DNA of 63,996 nt, the filler included, from Octopus bimaculoides (Eukaryota): the NCBI RefSeq assembly GCF_001194135.2. It is 7 parts of 6 records of this genome, joined end to end, with 100 filler letters (N's around TTAATTAATTAA, not from the genome) between each part and the next. Parts side by side here need not be neighbours in the genome. Positions count along the whole stretch, not along the records: positions 1 to 13,644 come from NC_068989.1; 6 more parts are not named here. One strand, written 5' to 3'. The position numbers were made by a program, and so were the translations under genes. A model generated the notes under the pieces. It saw nothing but the letters and a program-made list of their open reading frames with translations, ran no database searches and was not told where the DNA came from. Numbering within the stretch: position 1 is the stretch's first letter; every line of letters starts with the position of its first letter. Positions 1 to 10,608 of the stretch are shown here, piece after piece.

Positions 1-106
1 GGCATTTCCATCGAAAAATTACCTTGAGTTGTTTTAGAAATGCGGCCCACTTAATGATGAGCTATGTTTCATGCGGCCCGCTTTTCGAGAGCGGTTGCCC
101 ATGTCT
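1..106. mobile_element. Probable right end of a hAT (Charlie-like) non-autonomous DNA transposon
   Basis: Two TGCGGCCC subterminal motifs followed by GGTTGCCCATGTC, resembling the ...GTTGCCCACCCCTG terminus of Charlie-type hATs. The left end is outside the window, so TIR and TSD cannot be confirmed. Confidence 0.35.
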
Positions 107-312
107 AAACTAGACAGACAGATCTGTTTTGTTTCCAGCCGTCCTGCCGACTACCAACCAGCATACCATAGAGCTGTTTGTTTACGCTACAAAACCATCA
201 ACAAGTGACGTCTCACGCAGTCGCCAGATTTGCCAGAAAAAGCAACTAAATATCCTTCAACTCGCATGTTGCCAACTTAAAAATAGAATGATACACAGAA
301 CGTGTCCAAGAT

Positions 313-354
<42 letters not shown>

Positions 355-1157
355 CATACATATGTATATGAACGGAAATAAAATCTTGTCAAGTCACGGT
401 TTTTATATCTTCAGAAGATATGAAAGCAGTGACTCTTAGATCTTCGAAATTATCATCATCATCATCATCAACAACAACAACAACAGCAGCATTAAAGATA
501 AAATAGATGGCGCCATAAGTCTCTTTCAAAACTATTTCTATACCGAAATCGAAAGGAACATTAGTGGAGCATCTTTCCCACGTCCACTAATTTTTATATA
601 ATGAACCAGATGAAAGCCATCGTATATTGTCCGCGCTATGAAGCACATTCGGAAAGGAAATATAAATTTAAAATAAAATCCAAACGTTTGTGTGAAACCA
701 TCATTAACAAAATAAAATATAAAATTAAATTTACTTTGTTTGTGTTTTTACCATGGTGATAACTTAGAGGCTATGATTGTGTCACGGAGAGATATCACTT
801 GAATAGACTGGGTAAGGAACATAACCAGACTTGTTTTATTGGTTCGTGTGTGTGTGTGTGCGCGCGTTATAGTGCGTTTATATACGTCTATCGATATATC
901 TATCTATCTATCTAGCTAGCTAGCTATTTATACACATACCCCTCTGCCCAACACACATATAGGCTGGGCCAAAAGTCACGCACAAAATAAGCACAATACG
1001 CTACGGAATTGCCAAAGACATGTTTCAGTTTTTCTAGACTTGAATAAAATTAATAAAATATGGTGAATACACACGTACGTGATGAACAAAATGAATAATA
1101 ATAATAATAATAATAACAATAACAATAATAATAATGATGATGATGATGATGATGATG

Positions 1158-1570
1158 AGATATAGTTGTCAAAGATCATGAAGAAAAAAAATGCTTTCTA
1201 ATTGATGTATCAATACCAGCAGATGACAACGTTTCTCTAAAAGAAATGGAAAAACTTTCAAAATACAAAGACCTGGAAATAGAGATAACTCGAATGTGGA
1301 ATCTAAAAACAGAAACAATTCCTATCATAGTAGGTGCCTTAGGTATAATAAAAAAATATTCAGACAAATACATAACAAAAATACCAGGACTTACAAATAT
1401 ATATAACATACAGAAAATTGCACTACTGGGTACTGCACACATTCTACGCAAAACACTTTCAATACAGTAAGCATAAGAGCACCACAGCAAACCACAGCAC
1501 ATACCCAAGGCGCACAGAGCTGCGCTCGGTAGTGAAGTGAAAGCACGTTATAAAAGTAAAACTACTGAAC
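1158..1570 (+). mobile_element. 5'-truncated R4/Dong-type non-LTR retrotransposon (restriction-like endonuclease C-terminus + 3' UTR)
   Basis: Translates DIVVKDHEEKKCFLIDVSIPADDNVSLKEMEKLSKYKDLEIEITRMWNLKTETIPIIVGALG...LRKTLSIQ*. (AAT)n/(GAT)n lies upstream and (AAT)5 directly after the 3' end ...AAACTACTGAAC. Confidence 0.85.
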
Positions 1571-1585
1571 AATAATAATAATAAT

Positions 1586-1799
1586 TTTTACTAAAGGTAC
1601 AAGGCCTGAAAATTTGGGAGAAGGGATTGGTCGATTACGTCGGTGTTTTACTGGTACTTAATTTATCGAGCCTGAAAGGATGAAAGGATGAAAGGCAAAG
1701 TCAACCTCGGCGCAATTTAAACTCAGAACGTGAAGACGGGCGAAATGCCGCGAAGCATTTCGTCCAGGGTGCTAACGATTTTGTCAGTTCGCCGCCTTT
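1586..1799 (-). mobile_element. tRNA-headed SINE, family A (Nin/Deu-like central domain)
   Basis: Reverse complement has head GGCGAACTGACAAAATCGTTAGCA, B-box-like GAGTTTAAATTGC and the GCCTTTCATCCTTTC...GATAAATTAAGTACCAG block shared by more than 20 copies in the window. Confidence 0.8.
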
Positions 1800-2104
1800 A
1801 GAAGAGCGATAATTGATATTAACTACATGGCATTTTAATCTTATTTCCAGGTTTTGTCCAAGTGTTTTCCTGTATTTGGCGTACAGTCTACCACCAATAT
1901 GGTTACTGGAACTTGACCTGCTCAAGAGAAGAATGGATCATCGCGTCTCTGGAGGAACAAGGACTCCGTCAGAAGTTCAAAACCTCTCTCTGCTGACACC
2001 AAACGTATCCTCTTTCGTTATTTAAACATTAAAATTCTTTTTTTCTTTTTGTTTCCTTCTTGTCTTTATTTTAAAAACTAATACTTATCTTTCTATCCTT
2101 TATC

Positions 2105-2394
2105 TTTTTCTTGTTACAGTCATTGATCTGAGGCCATGCTGGAGCACAGCCATGAAGGGTTTAATAGAGAAAATCGATCCCAGTGCTTGCTTTTCTTTTA
2201 AAGTTCGGTACTTATTCTACCGTTCTCATTCACTGAACCGCTATGTTGCGGGGACGTAAACGAGCCAACAATGCTTGTCAAGCGGTAGGATAAGAGAACA
2301 AACACAAGCACTCATATATAGACACACACACACATACATGTGTGCGTGTGTGTGCGCGCGTGTGCGTGTGTGTGCACGCGTGTGTACATGCGTA

Positions 2395-2456
<62 letters not shown>

Positions 2457-2510
2457 CGTGTATGTGTGTGAGTGTATCTGTGTGTGTGTGTGTGCGTGTG
2501 TGTCTGTGTA
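2105..2510 (-). mobile_element. SINE family C 3' half with expanded (TG)n/(CGTG)n microsatellite
   Basis: Shares ...GCCATGCTGGAGCAC...GAACCGCTA.GTT.CGGGGACGTAAAC with copies at 22400, 31420, 40910 and 48195. TG-type repeat at 2325-2510. Confidence 0.7.
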
Positions 2511-2676
2511 ATTGATAAAAGAAACGGAAGAGGGATTTAATATGAATCTTTGTTCAGCACGACGATCTTTTCGACCCATCCTGCATCTGTCCCTCAGGGG
2601 TAGGATATTGTGCATCTTGTTTTGCTGCATCAATCAGTGCAGGCTGTGTGTCACTTCAGATGCTTGGTGTAAAGGA

Positions 2677-3001
2677 GCACTCCGTTGGTTACGACGACGA
2701 GGGTCTCAGCTGATACGATCAACGGAACAGCCTGCTCGTGAAATTAACGTGCAAGTGACTGAGCAATCCACAGACGCGTGAACCCCTAACGTAGTTCTCA
2801 GGGAGACTCAGCGTGACACATAGCGTGACAAGGCCGGCCCTTTGAAATACAGGTACTACTCATTTGTGCCAGCTGAGTGGACCGGAGCAACGTGAAATAA
2901 AGTGTCTTGCTCAAGGACACAACGCATCGCAGGGAATCGAACTCATGACCTTACGATCGATCGTGAGCCGAATGCCCTAACCACTAAGCCACGCGCCTTC
3001 A
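2677..3001 (-). mobile_element. tRNA-headed SINE, family B (CORE-like centre)
   Basis: Reverse complement starts GAAGGCGCGTGGCTTAGTGGTTAGGG (A box) ...GAGTTCGATTCCC (B box), then CCTTGAGCAAGACAC and the family tail ending ...CGGAGTGC. Confidence 0.8.
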
Positions 3002-3221
3002 CATATGCTTAGTGTAGAAAAAAGATATGCCACTAGATGTACTGAGATCTTGGCATTTTGTTCTGGCTATTTGTACAGTGGTACACTGACAGTAGGGTCG
3101 GATAAGTTTGGGGTTACAACGGGTGAATGGGGCTAGTTATAGTTGACCGTGAATATATAACATCTGTGTGTGTGTGTGTGTGTGTGTGTATCTATGGGCT
3201 TCCACTGAGTTTCGTATTTCT

Positions 3222-3611
3222 TTACCACCCACAAGGGGCTAAACATAGAGGGGACAAACAAGGACAGACAAAGGGATTAAGTCGATTACATCGACCCCAG
3301 TGCGTAACTGGTACTTAATTTATCGACCCCGAAAAGATGAAAGGCAAAGCCGACCTCGGCGGAATTTGAACACAGAACGTAACGGCAGACGAAATGCCGC
3401 TAAGCATTTCGCCCGNNNNNNNNNNAACAAGGACAGACAAAGGGATTAAGTCGATTACATCGACCCCAGTGCGTAACTGGTACTTAATTTATCGACCCCG
3501 AAAAGATGAAAGGCAAAGTCGACATCGGTGGAATTTGAACTCAGAACGTAACGGCAGACAAAATACCGCTAAGCATTTCGCCTGGCGTGCTAACGTTTCT
3601 GCCAGCTCGCC
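3222..3611 (-). mobile_element. Two adjacent family A SINE copies separated by a 10-N gap
   Basis: The same SINE body occurs at about 3225-3415 and 3426-3611 with several substitutions between the two. Confidence 0.8.
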
Positions 3612-4024
3612 ACTCAGTTTCTATCTACCAAATTTGCTCACGAGGAATTGGTCGTTCTGGGGCTATACTAGATGACATTTGCTCAAGGTGCCGCGCCATG
3701 GCACTGAAGTTGAAATCACGTGGTTGCAAAGCGAGCTTTTTAACCGATGCCTGCAACCATCAAATAAATTATATTCCTATAAATAGCACATCTTCAGTTC
3801 GCTGCGTGGGTTTAGGACACGTGATACAAACACAGAAATTAGATGATGAGATAATATTTTCAACAGATGGCGCTGCATTAGCATAGCTGTTCAGCCTCGT
3901 TAACCGGAAATGGTAAAAGAGGAAGAGTAAATGAACAGTAGAATTGTAGAATTTTATTAACTGTATCTGATAATAATCTATCTTTCAGACAGTTTACATA
4001 GAAACATATATATATGTACATACG

Positions 4025-4068
<44 letters not shown>

Positions 4069-4312
4069 TAGGCGAGCGCGTGAGTGTGGTGGATCTCCAT
4101 TTCGGACGACGATAAGGATTCAGTTGTTCGATCGACTAAATTTCCTGTGGTTTAGTATTCTTCAGGCAGATATATCTATGTGTGACATAGTGCATGATAA
4201 GACTGTACCTCTTTAATTACGGGTACAATCCACCCGATGGGCTTCTATGCATTTTCCATCTACCCAATTTTTTCGCCCACAAATGTGGGTCACAAGATTC
4301 CACTCAGAGAGA

Positions 4313-4359
<47 letters not shown>

Positions 4360-4384
4360 AAGTGAAATTGATAACCATTCGGCC

Positions 4385-4672
4385 ACACACACATACATTT
4401 TACTGGCTCTCCGTGAAATTAACGTGCAAGTGGCTGAGTATTCCACAGACACATGTACCTTTAACGTAGTTCTCAGGAAGGTTCAGCGTGACACAGAATG
4501 TGACAAGGTTGGTCTCTTGAATTACAGATACAAGTCATTTTTTGCTACTTGAGTGGGTTGTAGCTACGTTGAAATAAGATGCCTTGCTCAAGGATACAAC
4601 GCGCTGCCCAGGAATCGAACTCACGACCTTACGATCATAAGCCGAATACCATAATCACTAAGTCATGCGCCT
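4385..4672 (-). mobile_element. Family B SINE, 3'-partial
   Basis: Matches 2730-3000 colinearly (CTCGTGAAATTAACGTGCAAGT...GGAATCGAACTCACGACC...ACTAAGTCATGCGCCTTC). Confidence 0.75.
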
Positions 4673-4682
4673 TCATTTATAT

Positions 4683-4860
4683 ACATATATGTGTATGTAT
4701 GTATGTATGTATTTATGTATGTATGCAAGCATGTATGTATGTATGTGTGTATATGTACGTATGTATGTATGCATGTATGTATGTATGTATGTGTGTGTAT
4801 ATGCATGCATGTGTGTATGTATGTATGTATGTGTATACACACACACACACACACACACAT
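4683..4860. repeat. (TATG)n/(TG)n/(CA)n compound microsatellite
   Basis: Directly visible; explains five spurious ORFs at 4579-4894. Confidence 0.95.
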
Positions 4861-4949
4861 GACAGAAGTAAATAGACACGCGTATAATCGTTAAAGTTTA
4901 TTAAAATTTGAAATTATACATTCACATTATTTATTAATTGTTATAATAT

Positions 4950-5240
4950 GAATATGGCTTAGTGGATAGGAGTCTCGCACTCACGGTCGCAAGGTCATGG
5001 GTTCGATTCCCGGACCGGACGACGCGTTGTGTTCTTACGGAAAACACTTCATTTGGCGTTGCTCCAAACCACTCTTCTGTAAATGAGTGACCCTGTCGCG
5101 GACTAGCCTTCCGATCACGGAAGATATTGATCTACTTCTCTAGCAAGCGGGGTGGCATCATTCGAAAGTTAAAATAATGCGAAGCGCATCGTGACCAGCG
5201 ATGTATAACAACATCCGATAGTCTGTCTGATACCGTGGTG
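4950..5240 (+). mobile_element. tRNA-headed SINE with a different tail (family D); related copy at about 15540-15810
   Basis: A box TGGCTTAGTGG, B box GGTTCGATTCCC, CORE-like GTTGTGTTCTT...AACACTTCATTT. Tail CATTCGAAAG...GTGACCAGCGATGTATAACAACATC recurs at 15727-15783. Confidence 0.7.
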
Positions 5241-5348
5241 TCCGATTTATGGCCCTCGTAAACCCCTCGTAGATGTGGATCAATATTTCGGAAACCTCTG
5301 TGTACAACAATATCTTTCACAAAACTATAACGTAGCGTCGTTATTTAT

Positions 5349-5990
5349 GGCTGTGCGGTTAAGAAGTTAGCATTGCAACCACATGGTTTTGGGTTCAGTC
5401 CCACTGCACAACATCTTAGGCAAGTGTCTTCTACTATATCTCCGGGCCGGCCGATGCCACGTGAGTGAGTTTGGTATTAAGAAACTACGGACGCCTGCCG
5501 TGCATGCATGTATGTATGTATGTATGTATGTATGTAAGTATGTATGTATGTATGTATACATGTACGAATGTGTGTATATATGCATGTACGTACGCATGTA
5601 TGTATGTATATATGTATGCGTGTATGTATGTATGCATGTACATATGTATACATGCATGCATATACGCATGTATGTATGTCCTCATTTATGTATGTATGTA
5701 TGTGTGAATATATGTATGTACTATGTACGTATGTATGTGTCTTTATGTTTGCCCGCCTCTACTTACTGTTTGATCACCGGTGCTGGTTTGTTTACGTCTC
5801 TGTAACTTAACAGTTCGGCAAAAGATATCGATAGAATTTGGTATCCGAATTATAAAAACAAAAAAAAAATATAAAAACAATAAATACACTAGAGTCGATG
5901 TGTTCGAATAAACCCTTCCATGCCGTGCCCCAACATGGCTGCAGTCCACTAACTGGAACAAAAATATAAAAGAGTACAAGAATAAAAGAA
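5349..5990 (+). mobile_element. Full-length family C SINE with a greatly expanded internal (TATG)n tract
   Basis: Head GGCTGTGCGGTTAAGAAG...GGGTTCAGTCCCAC, MIR/CORE-like GGCAAGTGTCTTCTAC, about 240 bp microsatellite (5500-5740), tail GTAACTTAACAGTTCGGCAAAAG...CATGGCTGCAGTC. Confidence 0.8.
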
Positions 5991-6244
5991 TTGTTAATTC
6001 TCGTTTCGTCTAGAAATAGAAAGAGAAAAAGAAATCGATACATTTGAATAACAATACAAATTATAATCTTGTTGCATGAGAAACACTGGAAGAGAAGTAG
6101 TCAGAATTTTCCTGGAAATTGCTTTCGTTGTTTATTTCGCAAATAAATAAATAAATAAATGAATAAGCGTAGGTGTGGCTGTGTGGTAAGAAGTCTGCTT
6201 TCCAGCCACATGGTTCTGGGTTCAGTCCCACTGAGTGGCGCCTT

Positions 6245-7265
6245 TGGCTAAGAGATAATTCGGTCAAGTGTTTCTACTTGACCTCCACATATATTCTCCA
6301 TTTAGTTAACACACTCTGCTTTAATAAGTGCCTTTTGGTGATTTCTGGTGAGTAGACTTTGTTCATATGTCGCAACTAGGAGTCCTTCAATTTCAGCTTT
6401 GAGTCTATGCTTCTCAACCAGTGCTACGATGTTTCTTTGTCGATTTCTCTCTCTTATTTTGTTTTACCATTTGTTGGTCTCAAGCGAACACTTTACCATC
6501 ATTTTCGAACGGCAGTCTTTAATATCAGTTTTATCTTTTCCCCTTTCCTTCAAAACAATCTATCATTTCAGTTTTTGTTTTATATTTATTCTAGTTCCTT
6601 GTATTAGTTTTCCTGTTCTATTTTGTTTATTTACTAGATATTTTTGTAATCTTACAATAGTTCTCTAGTTGCATAAGGACCTTACCCTCTTGTATTCAGA
6701 GAAAATAAAATCTTTCTGCATTACATTTTGAGTGGCGTTTTCTGAATACACTTATTATATCCCATTGTATGTGTTTTAATTTACTTTACTTGTATATATA
6801 TGTTAATTTACTTAGCGGCGTTAAGAATATTATGATAATAACTAGGATATTTGAATCCGATTATCTTACCGTCTGTATTTAACTCTGTTCTGAGCATTTG
6901 TATGATGAATCTATAATATTCTTCCTAACTTTTTCTTTCGTTTGTCTAGTTCATTGATTCCTAAGTGCTTGTAAGTCTGTGTTTATTGTAATTATCTTAT
7001 CACTGAGTTTATTTCTAATATGATATTTAATGTACTAAATTTTCCTTTCTTCAAGATTACATTAGCGCATTTTTCCACTTCGAGAAGCACTTATCAGTTC
7101 CTTGATTAAATCGATGTACTGTCTGTAGCAGTATATCTAGTTGTTTATTATCTGCGATGTATAACACGAGGTCGTCCATGTGCAAAAGATAGCCGATTGA
7201 CTTCATATTGCAACGTTTTACAACAGACTATTTCCGAGTTCAATCTGACTTTGAGCATTGGTTAA
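6245..7265 (-). mobile_element. Degenerate R4/Dong-type LINE fragment (RT C-terminal half to zinc knuckle)
   Basis: Frameshifted minus-strand motifs LLHMDDL, EKCANVILKKG, YKHLGINE, WLRSIDSKAEIEGLLVA, CRICGG-like. Homologous to 60430-60600. Confidence 0.75.
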
Positions 7266-7301
7266 TAAGAATTTATTATCATTATTATTATTATTATTAT
7301 T

Positions 7302-7889
7302 GTTCAGTAGTTTTATTTTTATAACGTGCTTTCACTTCACTACTGAGCGCAGCTCTGTGCCTTGGGTATGTGATGTGGTTTGCTGTGATGCTCATATGGT
7401 TACTGTATTGAAAGTGTTTTGCGTAGGATGTGTGCAGTGCCCAGTAGTGCAATTTTCTGTATGTTATATATATTTGTAAGTCCTGGTGTTTTTGTTATGT
7501 ATTTGTCTGAATATTTTTTTTATTTTACCTAAACCTACTATGATAGGAATTGTTTCTGTTTTTATATTCCACATTCGAGCTACCTCTATTTCCAGGTCTT
7601 TGTATTTTGAAAGTTTCTCCATTTCTTTTAGGGAAAAGTTGTCATCTGCTGGTATTGATACATCAATTAGAAAGCATTTTTTTCCTTCATGATCTTTGAC
7701 AACTATATCTGATCTATTGGCCTTAATTTCTCTATCTGTGTGTATTGGCATATCCCAGAGTATGGTTGCTTTCTCGTTTTCTGTGACCTTTTCTGGCGTG
7801 TGTTTATACCATATTTTTTCTGTTGTTATTCCATAGTGTTGGCATAGCTTCCAGTGTATATAGGTCCCAGCTCTGTCGTGTCTGTGAAT
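7302..7889 (-). mobile_element. 5'-truncated R4/Dong-type LINE
   Basis: IHRHDRAGTYIHWKLCQHYG...ILWDMPIHTDREIKANRSDIVVKD...KYKDLEIE; (TAA)n on both sides (7273-7301 and 7890-7925). Confidence 0.85.
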
Positions 7890-8072
7890 ATTATTATTAT
7901 TATTATTATTATTAATATTATTAACAATATTGCGTGTTTTTTTCTAGCTCTTTATGTCGAGGTCTACTTTCCCTTTCATCCTTTCGAGGTGTCTCTAAAG
8001 TGAAGTGCTCATCAAGTACACGTCAAAACTGCTGGGTTTGCATCTAAACTATAAACAATCACCATCCTAATT

Positions 8073-8100
8073 TCTACTACTACTACTACTACCACTACTA

Positions 8101-8166
<66 letters not shown>

Positions 8167-8190
8167 ACACCACCACCACTACTACTACTT
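8073..8190. repeat. (TAC)n/(CAC) trinucleotide microsatellite
   Basis: Directly visible. Confidence 0.95.
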
Positions 8191-8715
8191 TTTGATAAGA
8201 ACTCAGTTTATTTTGCTGGATATGACGGAAAGTGTCAGCTGTCCACAGCGAGCAGACAAAGGTGACACTTGTTTACTGGTCATGCTTCAAGAATCCTGCG
8301 AAGAATTCTTGCAGTTCCAAGCAATGCTGATTTTTGTAGTTGTTCTACCTTCACACTTGCACCAATCTTTTTCAGCCATGTTAGTAGTTGAGTGCTGATA
8401 CTTTCATGTACACCAATTACAACTGATATCACGTCTACTTTGTATTTCCCACTTTAAATCGTCGTAGTTGTTTATTTTTTTCTTCTTCTTTCTAATTGAT
8501 CCTGTAGTCACCGGGGCATGCTATGTTGATTATCATAAACGTTCTTTCATTTTTATTCACCACAACAATATCCAGTTTCCGATGTCTGGTCAGGTGATCG
8601 CACTGGATCATTGCATCCAACAGGATTTTGCAATTCTCATATTCGGTGACTCCTGGAGTTTGCTGATACCACGTCTTTGCTCTTTTTAGGCCGTGATTTC
8701 CACAGAGTTCCCAAT

Positions 8716-8747
<32 letters not shown>

Positions 8748-8775
8748 CATTATTATTATTATTATTATTATTATT

Positions 8776-8984
8776 GTTCAGTAGTTTTATTTTTATAACG
8801 TGCTTTCACTTCACTACCGAGCGCAGCTCTGTGCGCCTTGGGTATGTGCTGTGGTTTGCTGTGGTGCTCTTATGTTTACTGTATTGAAAGTGTTTCGCGT
8901 AGAATGTGTGCAGTACCCAGTAGTGCAATTTTCTGTATGTTATATATATTTGTAAGTCCTGGTGTTTTTGTTATGTATTTGTCT
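8776..8984 (-). mobile_element. Short 3'-end copy of the R4/Dong-type LINE directly upstream of the TMEM26 splice acceptor
   Basis: Near-identical to 1360-1570 (reverse complement) and 7302-7508; (ATT)n on both sides (8749-8775 and 8985-8996). Confidence 0.85.
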
Positions 8985-9001
8985 ATTATTATTATTTTCA
9001 G

Positions 9002-10342
9002 TTCAAAATCTCAATTATATTGGATCCAGAAAAGTGGGTGCGAATTCTTCAGCAAGTGCTTCTCCTCCTGCTTATCATTGGCCGTTGGCTGCTACCGAAA
9101 GGTAAGATCTCAAGAGAACAACTTTCACAATTGCTACTGGTCTATATTGGTATGGCAGCTGATATAATTGAACTATTCGAAGCATTCAAAGAAGAAGTGG
9201 TCAAATACAACTGGACCTTGACCATCGTTATTCTCTCCCTTTGGACTGCCAGTTTGCTGCAATTTACATTTGTGGTCACCACATCGAAAGCGCGCCGTCC
9301 ACGCCCACTCTATGTTAAAGAAAAGGTAGAAAGCTTGGAAGAAACTAATTCAAATAAGACTAACAAGGGTTTGTGTTGTTGTTGCTGTACTGCAGACATT
9401 ATATCCATCTTGACGACTATTATCTTACAAGATGGACCATTCCTTGTGCTACGTATGTTACTGATATTTCGATACAACGTCTTAAGCTACACCAATATAT
9501 TCTTTACTTCTAAAAACACGCTCGTGATTTTGCTTCAATTTTACCGTTTGGTTGTTTTGTATTGTGAAAAAAGCAGCGTTTGCAAGAATACAGCAAAGAG
9601 TGATACAACTACTGAAAATTCGAAAGTGAACAGCTCGAATTCCAAAAGCCAAAAGGCAATCAATAGGAAACCTATAAATACAAAATCTAGCAGCAAAAAG
9701 AAAAATGGAGCAAGTATTGAGAATGAAGTTAAAAAGATGAAATCACTCGAAAAAGATGATAATAATAAAACGGAAAAACAAAAACACATTAAAAATGAAA
9801 GCTCAGCTGTTAAAGACTCGACATCAGAAGGAAATAATAAAAAGCAAGCTGTGTCGTCTTCGAAACATTTAGAAGAATCTGGTACTACTGAATCTCAGAT
9901 ATCTGAGGAACCCGTTACTCCATTACATTCTGTCTCTAGATTCTTGTTGTCGGGATATAATCGAAGTCTTCATGATAATGATTCCGTTAAAGAGGATCTC
10001 CCTCAAGTGTTAGAATTAACAAAAACTTTTGACAATCTTCCTGGTCCTGTTTTGTGGAGTTCTGACGAAGATGAATCGATTCGTTCCAAATCGCCTCAAC
10101 GTAATCTCAAAATTCAAAGTAAATCGCATCATCCTGTTAAAGGAAGTTTTTCTTCCCAAGATCCATCAAATACGATTAAAAGAATAAATGATTCTTCCGG
10201 TGACAATTCTCCTCGGTGGACCGCCTCACTTAAACAGGAAGAACAAGAACCAGTGGATTCAAAAATTGTTGAGCCATCACATGGTGTGATTCAAAAGCGG
10301 AAGTTAATATTTCCAAAACTTAATAAAAAGACGCGAAAATAG
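9002..10342 (+). CDS. TMEM26: TMEM26-family membrane protein, 3' coding exon (5' exons not found in window)
   Basis: Acceptor TTTTCAG ends at 9001. Frame FKISIILDPEKWVRILQQVLLLLLIIGRWLLPKG...QLSQLLLVYIGMAADIIE...QDGPFLVLRM...NIFFTSKNTLVILLQFYRL carries the GRWLLP, QLSQLLL-G-AADI and QDGPF-R motifs I recognise from TMEM26. About 260 aa hydrophilic tail, TAG at 10340-10342. The TTG start in the ORF track is not a real start. Confidence 0.85.
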   Translation, partial: FKISIILDPEKWVRILQQVLLLLLIIGRWLLPKGKISREQLSQLLLVYIGMAADIIELFEAFKEEVVKYNWTLTIVILSLWTASLLQFTFVVTTSKARRPRPLYVKEKVESLEETNSNKTNKGLCCCCCTADIISILTTIILQDGPFLVLRMLLIFRYNVLSYTNIFFTSKNTLVILLQFYRLVVLYCEKSSVCKNTAKSDTTTENSKVNSSNSKSQKAINRKPINTKSSSKKKNGASIENEVKKMKSLEKDDNNKTEKQKHIKNESSAVKDSTSEGNNKKQAVSSSKHLEESGTTESQISEEPVTPLHSVSRFLLSGYNRSLHDNDSVKEDLPQVLELTKTFDNLPGPVLWSSDEDESIRSKSPQRNLKIQSKSHHPVKGSFSSQDPSNTIKRINDSSGDNSPRWTASLKQEEQEPVDSKIVEPSHGVIQKRKLIFPKLNKKTRK

Positions 10343-10547
10343 ATTTTTAAAAATTGATCTAAAAATAAGAAAAAGTAGATAATCTGGAAGGCAAAACCAT
10401 TGTAGAAGAACATCAATCTTCGTTGGAATCAGATCTTAAAAATAAAAATAAAAATTATTAGAGATACGGCTATAGAGGAAATACTCATGGGTGACGCTAC
10501 AATTTTGTAAAATACGTTAGTTTATATTAACCTAGTTGATGCAGAAG

Positions 10548-10608
10548 AATAAAATCTATGGCAACTGACATTCTTGTAAAGCTAAAAGGCATTAAAAGCT
10601 CAAATAAA
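10548..10608 (+). promoter_or_regulatory. Candidate polyadenylation signals for TMEM26
   Basis: AATAAA at 10548-10553 and 10603-10608, 0.2-0.3 kb after the stop. The motif is common in AT-rich DNA, so this is weak. Confidence 0.3.

Noticed and set aside
3225-3611. Tandem SINE duplication as a biological event
   Set aside because: The copies flank a 10-N gap and could be two haplotypes or a mis-overlap; undecidable here.
4579-5810. Many MYVC/HTYI-type ORFs here and at 50371-52279
   Set aside because: Microsatellite translations.
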